NCBI GenBank assembly: GCA_046497275.1
Contig: JAWOFX010000054.1
Span: forward strand, 1 to 32,000
Direction of reading: 5' to 3'
Origin: Promethearchaeia archaeon
Lineage (GTDB): Archaea; Asgardarchaeota; Lokiarchaeia; Sigyniarchaeales; SOKP01
DNA length: 32,000 bases
Shown: positions 9,606-19,278 of the stretch, piece by piece
Position numbering within the stretch: position 1 is the stretch's first letter
Layout: every line of letters begins with the position of its first letter
Program-made: the position numbers and the translations under genes
Notes under the pieces: generated by a model
Seen by the model: only the letters and a program-made list of their open reading frames with translations
Databases searched by the model: none
What the model was told of the DNA's origin: nothing

Positions 9606-10361
9606 ATGAATGTTGGTGGAATCGTGGATCTTTCCACTAAAGATATCCCAGGAAAAGCGTGTATGGTAATATTCACAATAGGGTGCAATTTTAGATGTGA
9701 TTTTTGCCACAATAAACATTTACTTATGAAAGATGCTGGAAGGGAATACTCAACCAAAGAACTTTTAGCATTAGTAAAAAATAACTTTTTAATTACTAGT
9801 GTGAGCGTCACTGGAGGGGAACCAACTCTACAAACAGATCTTATTGAGTTTTGTAAAGAGGTTAAAAAATTAGAAAAATTCGTGAGTATAGATACTAATG
9901 GTTCTAATCCTGTTATAATTGAAACATTAATTCCTTATATTGATAGGATTGCGGTAGACTTAAAAAGTCCATTAATAAGAGAGAGATATAAAAATATTAC
10001 TCATATCGATATTGATCCCTCTATTATAGAGAAGACTATTAAAATAATTAATCAGAATAAAAATGTTGATTTTGAAATACGGACGACCTATGTAAAAAAT
10101 CTTTTGGTCCAAAACGATATTCATCAAATAATTCAATATTTAAATAAGATTCGCTTTACTGGAACGTTCGTTCTCCAGCAATATCAATATTCTGAAGGAG
10201 TGGGTGAGGAATTCAAGGATAAATTTCAGAAACCAGAGCATACCTTATTGTTAGATATATTGCAACAATATTTAGACGAAGATTTACCTTTCAAAATATA
10301 TATTAGAGATGAGATAATAGGTTATTCGGAAATTCATGAAATTTTTTCTAAATTACTTTAA
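9606..10361 (+). CDS. nrdG: Radical SAM glycyl-radical activase, anaerobic ribonucleoside-triphosphate reductase activating protein type
   Basis: GCNFRCDFCHN (CxxxCxxC), VSVTGGEPTLQ, IDTNGS, EIRTT; N-terminus resembles the NrdG2 family. Confidence 0.75.
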   Translation: MNVGGIVDLSTKDIPGKACMVIFTIGCNFRCDFCHNKHLLMKDAGREYSTKELLALVKNNFLITSVSVTGGEPTLQTDLIEFCKEVKKLEKFVSIDTNGSNPVIIETLIPYIDRIAVDLKSPLIRERYKNITHIDIDPSIIEKTIKIINQNKNVDFEIRTTYVKNLLVQNDIHQIIQYLNKIRFTGTFVLQQYQYSEGVGEEFKDKFQKPEHTLLLDILQQYLDEDLPFKIYIRDEIIGYSEIHEIFSKLL

Positions 10362-10468
10362 AAAACAACTAATAATAATTAGGTTGCTTTATAGATTATA
10401 AATCTAAAATAAATGAATAATTATGCAAAATTCAAAAATTATCTAACTTTTTCTATATTGAATTAATT

Positions 10469-11602
10469 ATGAATGAAGATAAAATCTTAGATCAAATTGA
10501 GTCTTGTATAGATTGTATGAGTTGTTTGGAAGTATGTGATACTTATTTAGCAACAGATAATGATTTGCAATCTCCCAATGGACGTTTAAAAATTGCGGAG
10601 AAAGTTTTTACCAATCAAAAGATTTCTGAAGAAGAAAGATTTGGTATATACACATGCACTCTATGTTCTCTTTGCGATACTGTATGTACTCAAGAAATTT
10701 CGATTTCCGAAATAATTCACGCAACGAAGATTAAACTATCTAAAACAGAAATGGGTCCATATGAAATTCACAATAAAATTTCTAAAGGTATTATTGAGAA
10801 AGATAATTCTGTGAATGGTAAACCGGAGGAAAGGTTGGATTGGTTGCCTGAAAAATATAAGGATTTAGAGAATTTCGATAATCGAAAATCAGATACATTA
10901 CTCTTTCTTGGATGCATGTCATCCTTTAAAGTTAAAGAGAGTGCGAGTGCATCTTATCAAATTTTAAAAAAAGCTGATTATGAATTCAAAATATTAAAGA
11001 ACGAGCCTTGTTGTGGAGAGTATCTATATTCTGCAGGAAAATTAGAAGAAGCAAAAAAATATTTCAAAAAAACATATGAGATTCTAAAACAAAATGGAAT
11101 AAAGAATATAATAGTGACATGTGCTGGGTGTTTATATGCTTTCAATAATGTATATCCTCAATATATTGAAGGATATGATATTGAAGTTCGTCATGTCGTT
11201 CAAGTTATTTATGATTTGGTAAAAGAGGGAAAAATTAAATTAAAAAAATTGGATGGAAAAGAAATTACATATCATGATGCATGTCGAATGGGGAGAAAGA
11301 TAAAAGGTATGGATATATATGATGAGCCAAGAGAATTATTAAACCAAATAGGGATTAACATTCAAGAATTACCTAAAAATAGGGTAGAGAGTCCTTGTTG
11401 TGGAGCAGGTTCTGGAATTAGAGGTGTTGCTAAAGATCTTTGTATAGATATAGGAACTTCGGTATTAAACAATTTAGATAATGGAGAGATCGTTTCAAGT
11501 TGTCCTTTATGTATTTTCAATTATCGATATGTTAATTATAAAAATCAATTAGATAAGAGTATAAAATATATTACTGAATACATTCTCGATGCTATGGAAT
11601 AA
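10469..11602 (+). CDS. Fe-S oxidoreductase, HdrD/GlcF-like (two 4Fe-4S motifs plus two CCG domains)
   Basis: CIDCMSCLEVC, CTLCSLCDTVC, CCGEYL, TCAGC, YHDACRMGR, CCGAGSG, SSCPLC. Confidence 0.88.
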   Translation: MNEDKILDQIESCIDCMSCLEVCDTYLATDNDLQSPNGRLKIAEKVFTNQKISEEERFGIYTCTLCSLCDTVCTQEISISEIIHATKIKLSKTEMGPYEIHNKISKGIIEKDNSVNGKPEERLDWLPEKYKDLENFDNRKSDTLLFLGCMSSFKVKESASASYQILKKADYEFKILKNEPCCGEYLYSAGKLEEAKKYFKKTYEILKQNGIKNIIVTCAGCLYAFNNVYPQYIEGYDIEVRHVVQVIYDLVKEGKIKLKKLDGKEITYHDACRMGRKIKGMDIYDEPRELLNQIGINIQELPKNRVESPCCGAGSGIRGVAKDLCIDIGTSVLNNLDNGEIVSSCPLCIFNYRYVNYKNQLDKSIKYITEYILDAME

Positions 11603-11821
11603 AGCATAATCAAAATGTTCTAAAAAATAAGTACTGTTATACTTTATTTTCAATATAATCCAATTACATTAGGATTATATTTTTTTAAATTTTCAAACGG
11701 TTAATTCTTTCATTTTTTTTAAGAGAAAAAAGATGTTTGTCTAAAGAATCATTTATATATTTTTGTAAATAGGACCCATTTATATTAAAAAACTATATTA
11801 ATCAATTAATTAGGAAATTAT

Positions 11822-12553
11822 TTGAAAAAAATGACGTTAACATTAGTTGATTATGTAAATGGATCCTTAAGTTTGCTATTTGTAATAATTTCTGTATATA
11901 TAGGGATTATATTAATATTGAAGTATAAACAATATCAAGAAATAACTTTACTTTACGTTGGTATTACTTGGATTATCATGTGTGAACCTTGGTGGCCGCA
12001 TAGTGTTTCGTTTATTGTATCGTTACTTACAGGAACGGGATTAGATATAAGGACTTTTTATTTCTTAGCAGTGACTTTTATTCCTATTGGTTTGTTAACT
12101 TGGTTGAAAGCTTCTCTTGAGTTCATGAATGTAAAGAAGCAAAAAACTATTTTAATACTCTCAGCCATTATTATGGGAATATTTGAAATCATCTTTTTTA
12201 TCGTTCTAATAATTAATCCTGCTATAATTGCTACGATGCTGACCGATGTGGATGCAGTAAATCATCTATTTATTCTGTTGTACTTTTTAGTAATTTTGGG
12301 GCTATTTTTAATCACTGGGATTTTATTCGCATTTAATGCAATGAAAACTGATCTAAAAAAAAATAAGATTAAAGGAAGAATCTTACTTATTGCCATTTTG
12401 GTTTACACTCTTGGTGGAATTATCGATGGTGCTTTTGAGATGGGGATTGGTGTTCTAGTTGCCAGCAGAGTATTGTTATTGCTAAGTTCTATATTATTTT
12501 ATTTTGGATTTATCTTGCCAAAATGGTTAGAAAATATTCTTATAAGGGAATAA
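11822..12553 (+). CDS. Stand-alone seven-transmembrane protein of unknown function
   Basis: Seven hydrophobic segments counted by eye in 243 aa and no soluble catalytic domain. The ATG at 11831 is an alternative start. Confidence 0.65.
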   Translation: MKKMTLTLVDYVNGSLSLLFVIISVYIGIILILKYKQYQEITLLYVGITWIIMCEPWWPHSVSFIVSLLTGTGLDIRTFYFLAVTFIPIGLLTWLKASLEFMNVKKQKTILILSAIIMGIFEIIFFIVLIINPAIIATMLTDVDAVNHLFILLYFLVILGLFLITGILFAFNAMKTDLKKNKIKGRILLIAILVYTLGGIIDGAFEMGIGVLVASRVLLLLSSILFYFGFILPKWLENILIRE

Positions 12554-12590
12554 TAAATATTAATAATCTTAATGAGTTTAGATCAATAAA

Positions 12591-13811
12591 TTGCCAAAAA
12601 ATACCACTAATGAGGTTTTTACACCTCATAAGATAGGGAATTTAGAAATTCCAAACAGATTAGTTCGATCAGCAACATATTTGAGCAAGGCTACCGAAGA
12701 TGGATACGTCACAGATGATTTAATCCAAGTATATGAAGAATTAGCTGAGGGGGGTCCAGGTTTATGTATTACCGGTGTGTCAATAGTGCGAAAAGATGGA
12801 CGCCAATTGGCAAAAATGTTAGGAAATTATTCGGATGAATATCTGGATGGATTAAATAGACTTGCAGTTGCTTATCATAGTAAAGTAAAAGAATTAGGTA
12901 ATAATTCAAAAATATTTTTGCAAATAGGACATTGTGGAAGTCAGAGTACTCATTGGGGTTATCATGGAGAACTAGTATCTTCTTCTTCTGTTGAGAATAC
13001 TATTTTGAAAAAAACCCCAAAAAAATTATCCATAAAAGAGATAGAGAAAGTAGTTGATTGCTTTGCAGATGCAACCGAAAGAGCTAAAAAAGCTGGATTC
13101 GATGGAGTACAATATCATGGTGCTCATGGATATTTAATCACACAATTTTACTCACCTTATTTTAATAAAAGAACCGACAAGTATGGTGGATCTACTGAAA
13201 ATAGAGCTAGATTCGCAATAGAAATTTTAGAAAAGAGTAGAAAAAAAGTTGGAAATAATTTTCCAATAAATTTAAAGATGAATGGTTCTGATAGAATAGA
13301 GGGAGGATTAGATATAAAAGAAGCTTTGGAATTAGCTAAAATCTTTGCTAAAAATGGATATGATTCATTAGAAATATCATCATATATTCACGAGGCTGGA
13401 AGAACTGAAGAAGTAATCTCACTTCCACCAGAAACACAAAAAGACTTAAGAAAAAGGAATAAAGAAGCATACAATCTTGATTTAGCAAAATATATTAAAG
13501 AAGGACTTAAACAACAAAAAAATACTGATATCCCTGTTATCTTAGTTGGGGGGCTTTATAAATTTGAAACAATTCAAGAAATTATTGAAAAAACACCAAT
13601 TGAATTTTGTTCGATGTGCCGTCCTTTTCTTCGACAACCTAATTTAGCGATGATATGGAAAAATGGTCCTCCATATCCAGAAGCTACATGCACCCATTGT
13701 AATTTATGCACTAACGAATTTTTAATTAAGGGATCCAAAAGTAAAGGTGTTAGATGCATTCTAGAAGAAAAATTGGAGAAAAAAAGACGAAGAAAACAGA
13801 AAAAAAAATAA
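12591..13811 (+). CDS. NADH:flavin oxidoreductase (Old Yellow Enzyme family)
   Basis: NRLVRSAT, LQIGHCG, AGFDGVQYHGAHGYLITQFYSP..NKRTDKYGGSTENRARF; C-terminal CTHCNLC. Confidence 0.93.
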   Translation: MPKNTTNEVFTPHKIGNLEIPNRLVRSATYLSKATEDGYVTDDLIQVYEELAEGGPGLCITGVSIVRKDGRQLAKMLGNYSDEYLDGLNRLAVAYHSKVKELGNNSKIFLQIGHCGSQSTHWGYHGELVSSSSVENTILKKTPKKLSIKEIEKVVDCFADATERAKKAGFDGVQYHGAHGYLITQFYSPYFNKRTDKYGGSTENRARFAIEILEKSRKKVGNNFPINLKMNGSDRIEGGLDIKEALELAKIFAKNGYDSLEISSYIHEAGRTEEVISLPPETQKDLRKRNKEAYNLDLAKYIKEGLKQQKNTDIPVILVGGLYKFETIQEIIEKTPIEFCSMCRPFLRQPNLAMIWKNGPPYPEATCTHCNLCTNEFLIKGSKSKGVRCILEEKLEKKRRRKQKKK

Positions 13812-13929
13812 TTTCATTTCAATTTTTTATTTTATCTTTAATTTCCATTTTTTAAAATAGATTTTTATAATATATCCATATTAGCATTTCAACGTGAAAC
13901 AGAAGTTTCACGACTATTTCTTAGAAAAT

Positions 13930-15345
13930 CTAATAATTTTTTATTAAACTCTTAATTTGAGTGAAATTCTTATTTAAAAAAGCCTCCTTAAATAATGCTT
14001 TATCCTCATTATTTAACTCAAGAATCGGAAATGTTTTAATTAATCTTCTCACTTGACTTAACCCTAAATATTTTCGAGTATATTCGGCATTAGAATATTT
14101 ATATGTTGTTAAGAATTCACTATCTAATCTTTCTCTAAAATATTCAAGAGTAAAATTAAAATAATCTTTTAATATCCTTTGATCAGAGATCTTCAATAAA
14201 GGGTTAAAAAAGATTTGAATAGGACAAGTTCTATAGGTATTTTTGGAGACAAATATACCATCTACATTGAAATCTTTTTGAATTTCATAAAGTCCTGCTC
14301 TTCCTTGAAATGTTCCACTATCAATAGTTTTTACGTACAAAATATTTTCCTTTACCTTCGTTGCCAATCTTTCATTTATATATAATATAGTTGATTCATA
14401 TCCGCCAGAGACAAATTTATTTGTATCAATTACCTTTATTTTCTCATCTCCTTGATTACTTTGAATAATGTCCTTTTTCAAATAATAACTCACCTTAGGA
14501 GATTTATTTGTTTTATATGTTTCTAAAAATTCATCGAATTCAAATCCACCTCGAAAATTGTAGGTACTTAGGAGAATATAATCTCTTTTAATTATACTGT
14601 TAGTTTTATATTTTATACCTTTGAATTTAGAAGGATTAAGATTTGGATTTTTTTTTCTTTGAAAGAAACCAATCATTATATTAGTTCCTGTAGAATCAAA
14701 AATTTGGGTTTCGAAAATTACAACTTTATTAACGTTATAGTATTTTAAAAAATCTAATCTGAATTTATTTGAAACAGACGCCCCAAAAAGAAAATTAGTG
14801 GGAATTAAATAAATTAAATTTTCTAATTCATTTCGTAAGTCATTAATTAGAGCGATTTGATATAGATCTTGATATCCCATATTCTCTCCCTCGAAATATT
14901 GAAGAAGAGGCTTCATTTCCTCATGTTTTCTGATATATCCCAAGTATAAATAAGGTGGATTCGTAATATGAAATAATGGATATTGTTTTAATTTGAGAAA
15001 ATCTGGGAAATTCTTAAGATTATCTCTGCATAAAATATTATTTTCAGCAATTTTCTGAGGGATAGAAAACTCTTTCGCTTTTTTTAAGCAATCTTTTACC
15101 ATAACCTCTTGAGTGTCAGATAAGAAAATATGATGTTTAAAGAAAGAAATTCGCTCATCTTCAGGAATAAATTTCAAGATAGGAAAAATTAAATCACCCT
15201 TTCCACAAAAAAGGTCAATCCATACATAATCATAGAGATAATCTTTAATATAGGGAAAAATATGGTCAATAAATATATCAGAAGGTGTCAGATGAACTCC
15301 TAATTTTCTCCTATTTCCTTTATCTATAGGTTTTTTTCTTTCCAT
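13930..15345 (-). CDS. Adenine-specific DNA methyltransferase (gamma-type motif order), no adjacent restriction enzyme
   Basis: HLTP (motif X), IDLFCGKGDL (motif I, SAM binding) and then ITNPPY (motif IV). Confidence 0.8.
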   Translation of the reverse strand: MERKKPIDKGNRRKLGVHLTPSDIFIDHIFPYIKDYLYDYVWIDLFCGKGDLIFPILKFIPEDERISFFKHHIFLSDTQEVMVKDCLKKAKEFSIPQKIAENNILCRDNLKNFPDFLKLKQYPLFHITNPPYLYLGYIRKHEEMKPLLQYFEGENMGYQDLYQIALINDLRNELENLIYLIPTNFLFGASVSNKFRLDFLKYYNVNKVVIFETQIFDSTGTNIMIGFFQRKKNPNLNPSKFKGIKYKTNSIIKRDYILLSTYNFRGGFEFDEFLETYKTNKSPKVSYYLKKDIIQSNQGDEKIKVIDTNKFVSGGYESTILYINERLATKVKENILYVKTIDSGTFQGRAGLYEIQKDFNVDGIFVSKNTYRTCPIQIFFNPLLKISDQRILKDYFNFTLEYFRERLDSEFLTTYKYSNAEYTRKYLGLSQVRRLIKTFPILELNNEDKALFKEAFLNKNFTQIKSLIKNY

Positions 15346-15438
15346 TATCTTTAATCTCCCTAATTACTTACATAATGTGAATAAAATTATCGATAAAATA
15401 AATCAATAATATTTTTGAAAAATAGCTTGTTTTTTTAT

Positions 15439-16146
15439 CTATTTCAGCCTAAAGTAAAGTCTTCTGTTATCTTTTCCCTTATTCACGCTTTTGATAAAAA
15501 AGATTTTTCCAATTTCTTGTAAATTTCTAACATGTGTTCCGGCATCTGCTTGTTCATCAATCTCCCCAATTTTAACAATTCTAACGTGCTTAATATTATC
15601 TGGTAATCCCATTGATAATCGTGTTATTTCAGATCTTTTCATTGCTTCCTCTCTGGAAATAGTAAAAATCTCAATCGGAATTTTCTTTTTTATAATCTTA
15701 TTAGCTTTATCTATTGTTTGTTTAAATTTATTTGGATCATAATCCTCCATAGAAAAATCTATTCTTGTATGGTCTAAACCAATTTGATTACCTGTAATCA
15801 TCGCTCCATAATTATCATGCACTAAAGCTGATAATAAATGACTAGCTGTATGATAGCGCATAAATGTATATCTTCGTTCCCAGTCTAATTCACATTCTAC
15901 TAAATCACCAGGTATTAACCCTTCTTTATCTACTTCATGACTAATTTTTCCAGAAAATTTCCCTACATAAACAACTTTATACTTTTCACCGTTTTTCCGT
16001 ATAATACCTTTATCGTAGGGTTGTCCACCTCCTTTCGGATAAAAAGCGGTTTCTGAAAGAATAATAAATTTTCCTTCTGAAACAGAAATAACTTTAGATT
16101 TCCAAGTTTTTAAATATGAATCTTCTAAATAAAGAGGAGATTCCAT
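15439..16146 (-). CDS. alaX: Free-standing alanyl-tRNA editing protein, AlaX-M type
   Basis: ETAFYPKGGGQPYDKG, MRYHTASHLLS (HxxxH), GNQIG...RIDFS, QADAGTHV. Confidence 0.9.
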   Translation of the reverse strand: MESPLYLEDSYLKTWKSKVISVSEGKFIILSETAFYPKGGGQPYDKGIIRKNGEKYKVVYVGKFSGKISHEVDKEGLIPGDLVECELDWERRYTFMRYHTASHLLSALVHDNYGAMITGNQIGLDHTRIDFSMEDYDPNKFKQTIDKANKIIKKKIPIEIFTISREEAMKRSEITRLSMGLPDNIKHVRIVKIGEIDEQADAGTHVRNLQEIGKIFFIKSVNKGKDNRRLYFRLK

Positions 16147-16262
16147 GAATAGAATTAAATGAGGATTCTATAAATTTTTTTTGAAGCATAGTTAATATTG
16201 AAATGTATTTAAATAAATATTATTGGATTTATTGAATATGTTAAAATAATGCTAAAATAGAA

Positions 16263-16571
16263 TTAATCAAGACCAACCAAAAGTTTAAATTCATCTGGTT
16301 CTGTTTTCTCGTCAATAGCTGAAATCTTATAATCAATTGCAATTCTATCTCTAAGATTAGATGATTTCCTCGCTGCAATAAATTTTAAACGGGGTTCTGC
16401 TTCTGAGCCATGCCATAACCAGAGAGTTTTTGATAATTGATCAAGAAAAATTAAAACTGAATTTGAATTTAATAAATCAATCAAAAGTTTTCCTTCAGGA
16501 TTAATCTCTATAAATTCTTCTGATTCCAAATCTAATTTATAGACAACATAATCCTTTAGTTCTTCTTCCAA
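16263..16571 (-). CDS. Single-domain gelsolin/villin-like protein (Asgard eukaryotic signature protein)
   Basis: LNSNSVLIFLD...LWLWHGSEA..RLKFIAAR...I..IDE..EPDEFKLLVG matches the gelsolin repeat pattern (LNS.D.FILD..I..W.G..A...EK..A...V.EG.E...F). TTG start preceded by GGGGTTGA. Confidence 0.8.
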   Translation of the reverse strand: MEEELKDYVVYKLDLESEEFIEINPEGKLLIDLLNSNSVLIFLDQLSKTLWLWHGSEAEPRLKFIAARKSSNLRDRIAIDYKISAIDEKTEPDEFKLLVGLD

Positions 16572-16820
16572 ATTTCAACCCCTTACTTTTTATTTGTTTA
16601 AATTGAATATCTAACATTAATATTATATGATTATAACATTTATTATAATATTTACCAATATAACTCGAAAATTTCAATTATAGAAGAATCTAAAACTAGA
16701 TTTCACATCTTTTTATAAATAAAATTATGTTAATTATGTTTTAATAGAAATTATTAAATAATTAATGCAAATTTTACTTAATTAAAAAAAACAGAACTTA
16801 TAAAATAGAGGAGAATTTGT

Positions 16821-17498
16821 TTGGTTTTAGAAGCAGAAAGTGACAAAATACCATTTTTTAAACAATATTTTTCAGTAATTATCTTAGCAGCTAATGTTCT
16901 TGTATTCATATGGCAGGTTACCGACCCTACAGGAAATATGCAAATAGAATTTGCATTCGTTCCCTCAGAATTTTTCGCCGGGCAAAAGTTATGGACCCTT
17001 CTTACTTCAATGTTTATGCATGGCGATATAATTCATATTGTTATGAATATGTGGTTTTTTATTATCGTGACAGATAATTGTGAACATGCTATGGGACATA
17101 TTGTGTATATTATTACGTATTTTGCCTCAGGATTTTTAGGGAGCATTCTTCATGCACTTAGCACACTGATTATACCGGTTTATGGACCAATATTAGCCAG
17201 CATTCCCTCATTAGGAGCATCTGGGGCAATCTTTGGACTTATGGGAGTATATATTATCTATTATCCTCAAAATAAGTTTTATATGCCATCAACAACTGGA
17301 ACTTCAATGCGGAAAGTTAGTGCATACTATTTCATTATAACATATTTTATTACTGAATTGACCTACGCAATATATTCGTTATATGACCCATTTGGAATGG
17401 GTTCAACAGCTCATTTTGCTCATATTGGAGGATTTATAGCAGGTATAGTTATTGCAGGGATAGTGAAAGCAACTAAGAGCACTAAAAAAAAGACTTAA
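16821..17498 (+). CDS. Rhomboid family intramembrane serine protease
   Basis: W.LLTSMFMHGDIIHIVMNM, catalytic GASG, AHFAHIGG. Confidence 0.95.
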   Translation: MVLEAESDKIPFFKQYFSVIILAANVLVFIWQVTDPTGNMQIEFAFVPSEFFAGQKLWTLLTSMFMHGDIIHIVMNMWFFIIVTDNCEHAMGHIVYIITYFASGFLGSILHALSTLIIPVYGPILASIPSLGASGAIFGLMGVYIIYYPQNKFYMPSTTGTSMRKVSAYYFIITYFITELTYAIYSLYDPFGMGSTAHFAHIGGFIAGIVIAGIVKATKSTKKKT

Positions 17499-17672
17499 GT
17501 TTAAACTCGAAAAATTGACTCAATTTTTTTTATTTTTTTAGATTTAGTTTTTAATTATATTCTTACACGAAAAGGGAATAGAATTTATTATAGACTGGAA
17601 AGCAATTTTCATATTCTGAGTATGTTAAAATCATCTTAAAAATATTTGAAAAGAAAAAAAAGAAAAAAATGA

Positions 17673-18464
17673 TTATTCGATCGAATCGATAATTTTATCT
17701 AGCTCCTTATCTGATAAAAATCCTTTATGTTGCATAATTTCTTTAATTTGAGCAACAATTTTCGGAGCATCTTTTATTTTTTCTAGATCTTGTTTATGGT
17801 GTTCAATATCTTTAGTTAATGCATCTATTACATTATTTTTATCATCGATTTTCTCTTTTAACTCTCTAATTTCATTGTCTTTAGCCGAAATTTCCTCTTT
17901 CAACCTTGAAGTTTCAGTATTGAGTTCAGTTCTAATTCTACTAATCTCGTCATCCTTCTCTTTAATAGTTTCTTCTAAGTCATTGTTTAATTTATTTATC
18001 TCGTTTTTATTCCCTTCAATTGAATTTTTTAATTCTTCTATTTCGTCTTTTTGTTGAGAAATTATATTTTCTTTTTCTTTAATCTGCTCTTCAAGATGCT
18101 TCTTTTCGTTTTGAAGTACACCTAATTTTTTATTTAAATCTCCTTCAATTTCAAGTAATTTTGATTCTAGATCAGATCTTTCGGATTCTAATCTTTCTAT
18201 CTCTTCATTATTCTGATTTAATTCTCGCTCTAACGTTTTTAGCTTTTCTTGTTCAGATTCTAATTCCGTTTCAGTTTTTTTTAATTTTTTATTTAGCTTA
18301 TCTATAGTTTCCCTTTTTTCTTTAAGTTCTCTTTTACAAGAAGAAATTTGGCTTTCAAGATCGTTAATTCTATTTCTTAAATCAATCAAATGCGTCCCTA
18401 CGATCTTGTGTTTTTTATCTGGTTTTTTTTCTATATCTTCCCATTCAATGCTAATGACTCTCAC
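17673..18464 (-). CDS. Long coiled-coil protein with short globular/helical ends
   Basis: About 210 residues of continuous E/K/L-rich heptads. The ORF-track start at 18524 is probably too long; GTG 18464 or ATT 18455 (behind a GAAGGTGA SD) are more likely. Confidence 0.7.
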   Translation of the reverse strand: MRVISIEWEDIEKKPDKKHKIVGTHLIDLRNRINDLESQISSCKRELKEKRETIDKLNKKLKKTETELESEQEKLKTLERELNQNNEEIERLESERSDLESKLLEIEGDLNKKLGVLQNEKKHLEEQIKEKENIISQQKDEIEELKNSIEGNKNEINKLNNDLEETIKEKDDEISRIRTELNTETSRLKEEISAKDNEIRELKEKIDDKNNVIDALTKDIEHHKQDLEKIKDAPKIVAQIKEIMQHKGFLSDKELDKIIDSIE

Positions 18465-18637
18465 CTTCGTATTATGGTTGTAAATAATAAACTTATAACA
18501 CACTTTAGATAAAAATGTTTTCATTTAAATCTAAATCTTTATTTCATTTTTGTAAAAAATCACTTTATCAATTTAATTCGTTGCTTTCAACTTAGTTTTC
18601 CTTTTTAAAAAAATTTAATAACATTTAAATATGAATG

Positions 18638-18673
18638 ATACTTTGTGTGACATAGTATTGAGCCACATAGTAT
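18638..18673 (+). promoter_or_regulatory. Candidate PadR operator: imperfect palindrome plus direct repeat
   Basis: ATACTtTGT-gtg-ACAtAGTAT (18638-18658, 8/9 arm match) and a second ACATAGTAT at 18665-18673, about 70-100 nt upstream of padR. Confidence 0.45.
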
Positions 18674-18743
18674 AAGTGAAATAATATATCAAAAATATTA
18701 TGGTACTCAAAAAAACCTTTAAAAAAACACGGAGGATATAAAA

Positions 18744-19274
18744 ATGATAAAAAGAGTGAAAGAATTACGAGCCGATGTGGAAATAGCATCTCCAAAATTT
18801 AGAGAATTTTTAGAGAAATTTGAATCTGAAATAAATCGCGGTATCAGTACCTTATGTATTTTGTCTATTATTGATCAGCATAAAAACGATGGAACATATG
18901 GATATCAATTAATGAAAGAACTGGAAGAGAAAACAAGTGATATGTTAATAATTGAGGAAGGAACCTTGTATCCTCTTTTGAAAAATCTAGAACGGGATGA
19001 ATTAATCGAATCAAAAAAGCAAAAAACGGGTAGACGCAGAAAATATTATTTTATCACAGAAAACGGTAAAAAAATTTTAAACTATTTAACTGGTTATTAT
19101 TCAAAATTAACAAAGGCTATATCTGGAATAATTGATATCAATGTTGAGTTAAAAAACAAATATATCTATTGCCCAATGTGTGCAAATAAGATGGATATAA
19201 CTAAAAATAAGTATAAATATTGTCCCGTTTGTGGATATAACCTTGAAGAAGATTTAAAAAAAAGAAAGGTGTAA
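18744..19274 (+). CDS. PadR family transcriptional regulator with C-terminal zinc ribbon
   Basis: YGYQLMKEL...EEGTLYPLLKNLE...RRRKYYFITENGK, then CPMC-x13-CPVC. Confidence 0.9.
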   Translation: MIKRVKELRADVEIASPKFREFLEKFESEINRGISTLCILSIIDQHKNDGTYGYQLMKELEEKTSDMLIIEEGTLYPLLKNLERDELIESKKQKTGRRRKYYFITENGKKILNYLTGYYSKLTKAISGIIDINVELKNKYIYCPMCANKMDITKNKYKYCPVCGYNLEEDLKKRKV

Positions 19275-19278
19275 AAAA

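Noticed and set aside
11822-12553. Rhodopsin or heliorhodopsin call for the 7TM protein
   Set aside because: No Schiff-base lysine motif in helix 7.
17673-18524. SMC/Rad50 or ESCRT-III call for the coiled-coil protein
   Set aside because: No Walker motifs, hinge or zinc hook, and no recognisable Snf7 helical pattern.
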